A DNA stretch of 64,000 nt from NCBI GenBank assembly GCA_965203515.1, contig OZ241907.1, forward strand, positions 1,728,001 to 1,792,000, given 5' to 3'. This DNA is from Spirochaetia bacterium (GTDB lineage Bacteria; Spirochaetota; Spirochaetia; SZUA-6; Bin103). Of the stretch, positions 61,383-64,000 are shown in pieces (within the stretch, counting starts at the first letter, position 1; the number at the start of each line of letters is the position of its first letter). The translations under genes and the position numbers were made by a program. The notes under the pieces were generated by a model, which made no database searches, had not been told where the DNA came from, and saw nothing but the letters and a program-made list of their open reading frames with translations.

Positions 61383-63059
61383 TCACGGCGCTGGCGGCGC
61401 CTCGGCGACCGGCTCGGCGACCGTCACCCGCCGGTTCGTTGCGACGTCGGTCAGGGTCTGGCGGGCGCCGCCCGGCCACTCGATCTCCACGGCGGCGACC
61501 TGCGCCAGGTCGGGTCCCAGGCCGAGGTGGACGATCGCCTCGTTCTGCCCCAGGTAGTTGCTGCCGCCGCTCAGCACCCGCACCAGGCGCCGCTCCGGCT
61601 CCTCGGCGCGCGGGGTCACGGTGATGCGCGCGCCGATCCCCTGCCGGTTGGCGGCCGTCCCCTCCAGGCGGAGCTGCAGCCAGCGGTTCGGGCCCGCGGC
61701 TCCCGGCCGGTTGGTCCGGTTGCGGTACAGCACCGGGCGGCCGCTGTTGTGCACCACGAAGAGGTCGAGGTCGCCGTCCGGCTCCAGGTCGAACACCGCC
61801 AAGCCGGTGCCGACGCCGGTCGCCGCAAGCCCCTCCTGCTGCGCCACCTCGCTGAACCGGCCGTCGCCGTCGTTGCGCCACAGCCGCATCGGGTCGTCGG
61901 CGAAGCCGCCGGTATTGGCGGTGTAGGGAACGTCGCCGGCGTAGTCGACGCCGGTGGCCAGCACCAGGTCGAGATCGCCGTCGTTGTCGTAGTCCAGGAA
62001 GGTGGTGCCCCATCCCCACGATCCGTCCCGCACCCCCGCGGCATCGGTGACGTCCTCGAAGATGCCGTCGCCCTGGTTGCGGTACAGGCGGTTGCCGTCG
62101 CGGTACGGCACGCCTTCCTCGTAGATGGCGCTCACGAACCAGTCGAGGTCGCCGTCGCCGTCGTAATCGCCCACGGCCGATCCCATGCCGTACTCGTCGG
62201 TGCCGACCCGCGCCCGCCTGGTGCCGTTGACGAAGCGCCCGTCGCCCCGGTTCCAGTAGAGCTGGCTGGTGGCGTGGTCGCCGGCTATCACCAGCTCGGG
62301 ATAGAGGTCGTCGTCGAGCAGGACGAAGCGAGAGGTGAGGGTCTGACCCTCGGCCAGCGGATTGACGGAGATGATGCGGTGCTGGGAGACGCCGGCGCGG
62401 CGGGTCACGTCCTCGAACCGGCCCGGCGCCTCCGCCCCCCGGTTGCGCAGCAGGCGCGCATTGCTCTGCGCGCCGTCGGTCATCTGGCGCAGGAAGCGCC
62501 ATTCGGTGGTGTGCAGGTCCAGGAAGCCGTCCAGGTCGTAGTCACCGAACGCGGCGCTGAACCCGAAGTGCAGGTCCTGGCCTTCGATGGCCGCCCCGCG
62601 CGCGGCCGCCTCTTCGGAAAACGAGCCGGCGCCGTCGTTCACGAACAGGTGGAAGCGGTGCGAGAAGAGGCTGGTCACGTACAGGTCGAGGTCGCCGTCG
62701 TTGTCGATGTCGCCCCAGGCGGCGCCGTTGGACTGCACGCCGGCCAGGTGAGCGGGGCCGAAGGCGGCGTCGGTGACGTCCGCGAAGGCGCCGTCGCCGC
62801 GGTTCCGGTACAGGATGTCGCGGTCGTCCAGGCGGGTGACGTACAGATCGACCAGTCCGTCGCCGTCATAGTCGCCGGCGGCCACCCCGCCGGTCGTGTA
62901 GCTCTGCATGGCCGACGGGGTGGCCGCCGAACGCCGGAACTGCACGTAGTCGATGCCGGCGGCGTCCGTCACGTCGACGAAGGTCTGCGCCCCCGCCGTC
63001 GCGGCGACGGCGATGAGGGCGGTCCCGGCCGCCGCGGCGCGGAGCCACGATCCGATCAT
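61383..63059 (-). CDS. CRTAC1-like protein (FG-GAP/VCBS repeats plus ASPIC/UnbV domain), exported
   Basis: Repeated GDYDGDGxxDLYV motifs; C-terminal GIGARI...GGSNYLGQ..VHLGLG..IEWPGG. Confidence 0.9.
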   Translation of the reverse strand: MIGSWLRAAAAGTALIAVAATAGAQTFVDVTDAAGIDYVQFRRSAATPSAMQSYTTGGVAAGDYDGDGLVDLYVTRLDDRDILYRNRGDGAFADVTDAAFGPAHLAGVQSNGAAWGDIDNDGDLDLYVTSLFSHRFHLFVNDGAGSFSEEAAARGAAIEGQDLHFGFSAAFGDYDLDGFLDLHTTEWRFLRQMTDGAQSNARLLRNRGAEAPGRFEDVTRRAGVSQHRIISVNPLAEGQTLTSRFVLLDDDLYPELVIAGDHATSQLYWNRGDGRFVNGTRRARVGTDEYGMGSAVGDYDGDGDLDWFVSAIYEEGVPYRDGNRLYRNQGDGIFEDVTDAAGVRDGSWGWGTTFLDYDNDGDLDLVLATGVDYAGDVPYTANTGGFADDPMRLWRNDGDGRFSEVAQQEGLAATGVGTGLAVFDLEPDGDLDLFVVHNSGRPVLYRNRTNRPGAAGPNRWLQLRLEGTAANRQGIGARITVTPRAEEPERRLVRVLSGGSNYLGQNEAIVHLGLGPDLAQVAAVEIEWPGGARQTLTDVATNRRVTVAEPVAEAPPAP

Positions 63060-63061
63060 TC

Positions 63062-63976
63062 CTAACCCTTGATGGAGCCGATCAGGATCCCCTTGATGAA
63101 GTAGCGCTGCAGGAACGGGTAGACCATCACGATCGGGATGATCGTGACCAGCATGGTCGCGAACTTCAACCCTTCGGGATTGAGATAGTTGTGCCTGGTC
63201 TCATCCTGCAGGGCCGCCATTTCCGCAATGAAGCTGCCCGGGCTGCTCTGCTTGATGAGGCGCAGCAGGATCGACTGCAGCGTCTGCAGTCGATCCGATT
63301 TCGTGAAGTACGCCGTATCGAACCAGGAGTTCCACTGCGTGACGCCGGCGAACAGCGCGATGGCGGCGATCATCGGCATCGATATCGGGAAGTAGATGCG
63401 CAGGAAGATGCGGAAGTAGCCGGCGCCGTCGATGCGCGCCGACTCCTCCAGCGAGACCGGCTGGGCGTTGAAGCCGGTCATCATGATGATGACGTAGAAG
63501 AACGAAAACAGGTTCGGCAGGATGTAGACCAGGAAGTTGTCCAGCATCCCCAGGAGGCGGAAGTTCAGGTAGGTCGGGATCAGACCGCCCGAGAAGAAGA
63601 GCGGGATGGTGAACAGCACCAGATAGACGTTGCGGAACGGCAGGTTGGGCTTGCGCAGGGCGAACGCGCACATGGCGCAGGTGAACGTCGTGGACACGGC
63701 GCCGACCACGGTGCGGAGCGTCGACATCACGAACGCGTTGAACATGCGGTCGTTGGCGACGATCACCTGATAGTTCTTGAGCGTGTAGTTGCCGGGCAGC
63801 AGAAACGCGGGCGTGCCCGTGATCAGCTCGGCGTTCACCGAGTTGATCAGGGAGTACCAGAACGGATAGATGATGGAGATGGTGAGCAGCGCGAGCGGCG
63901 CGTAGATGCCTAGATACATCGCCGGCGTGACTCGTCGGTGGTGCGACAATATGCCCGGTTGCGCTCTGCCGATCAT
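63062..63976 (-). CDS. Carbohydrate ABC transporter permease
   Basis: FSGGLIPTY, EAA loop LEESARIDGA, YPFLQRYFIKGILIGSIKG. Confidence 0.92.
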   Translation of the reverse strand: MIGRAQPGILSHHRRVTPAMYLGIYAPLALLTISIIYPFWYSLINSVNAELITGTPAFLLPGNYTLKNYQVIVANDRMFNAFVMSTLRTVVGAVSTTFTCAMCAFALRKPNLPFRNVYLVLFTIPLFFSGGLIPTYLNFRLLGMLDNFLVYILPNLFSFFYVIIMMTGFNAQPVSLEESARIDGAGYFRIFLRIYFPISMPMIAAIALFAGVTQWNSWFDTAYFTKSDRLQTLQSILLRLIKQSSPGSFIAEMAALQDETRHNYLNPEGLKFATMLVTIIPIVMVYPFLQRYFIKGILIGSIKG

Positions 63977-64000
63977 CGGAACAGGCCCTTGCCGGTCAGC

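Overview
GC-rich bacterial chromosomal window (its gene content resembles that of marine host-associated bacteria; this is inference only). It alternates catabolic genes (Gfo/Idh/MocA oxidoreductases, CocE hydrolase, class III aminotransferase, GalM, sulfatase, three PhyH dioxygenases, glycosidase-like proteins, ABC permease) with three defence/accessory blocks. (1) 652-7658 (-) is the best candidate for an undescribed system. A CARF-like/RtcR-type sigma54 activator is followed immediately by a textbook sigma54 -24/-12 promoter. This drives a 1292-aa DNA methyltransferase-TRD-Ig-like-STAND ATPase fusion and a coupled second ATPase with a degenerate Walker B and a DUF4145/HEPN-like tail. No restriction nuclease is recognisable. 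(2) 35365-48331 (-) is a type I R-M locus (hsdM...hsdS...hsdR) packed with cargo: Rpn with an internal RBS/start, a type II MTase-REase pair, an orphan YefM, a HEPN toxin whose MNT antitoxin is fused to HsdS, a DUF4365 pair and an AAA_21 ATPase. (3) 49455-55850 holds a PIN TA pair, a repeat-rich surface lipoprotein interrupted by a G12 tract, a frameshifted HNH gene carrying a palindrome array, a ~290-bp direct repeat, a Uma2 pseudogene and an MNT-HEPN fusion. A second homopolymer-frameshifted gene (C21 in a SAM methyltransferase) lies at the left edge. No rRNA, tRNA or CRISPR array was recognised. All family assignments come from reading motifs by eye, not from database searches.
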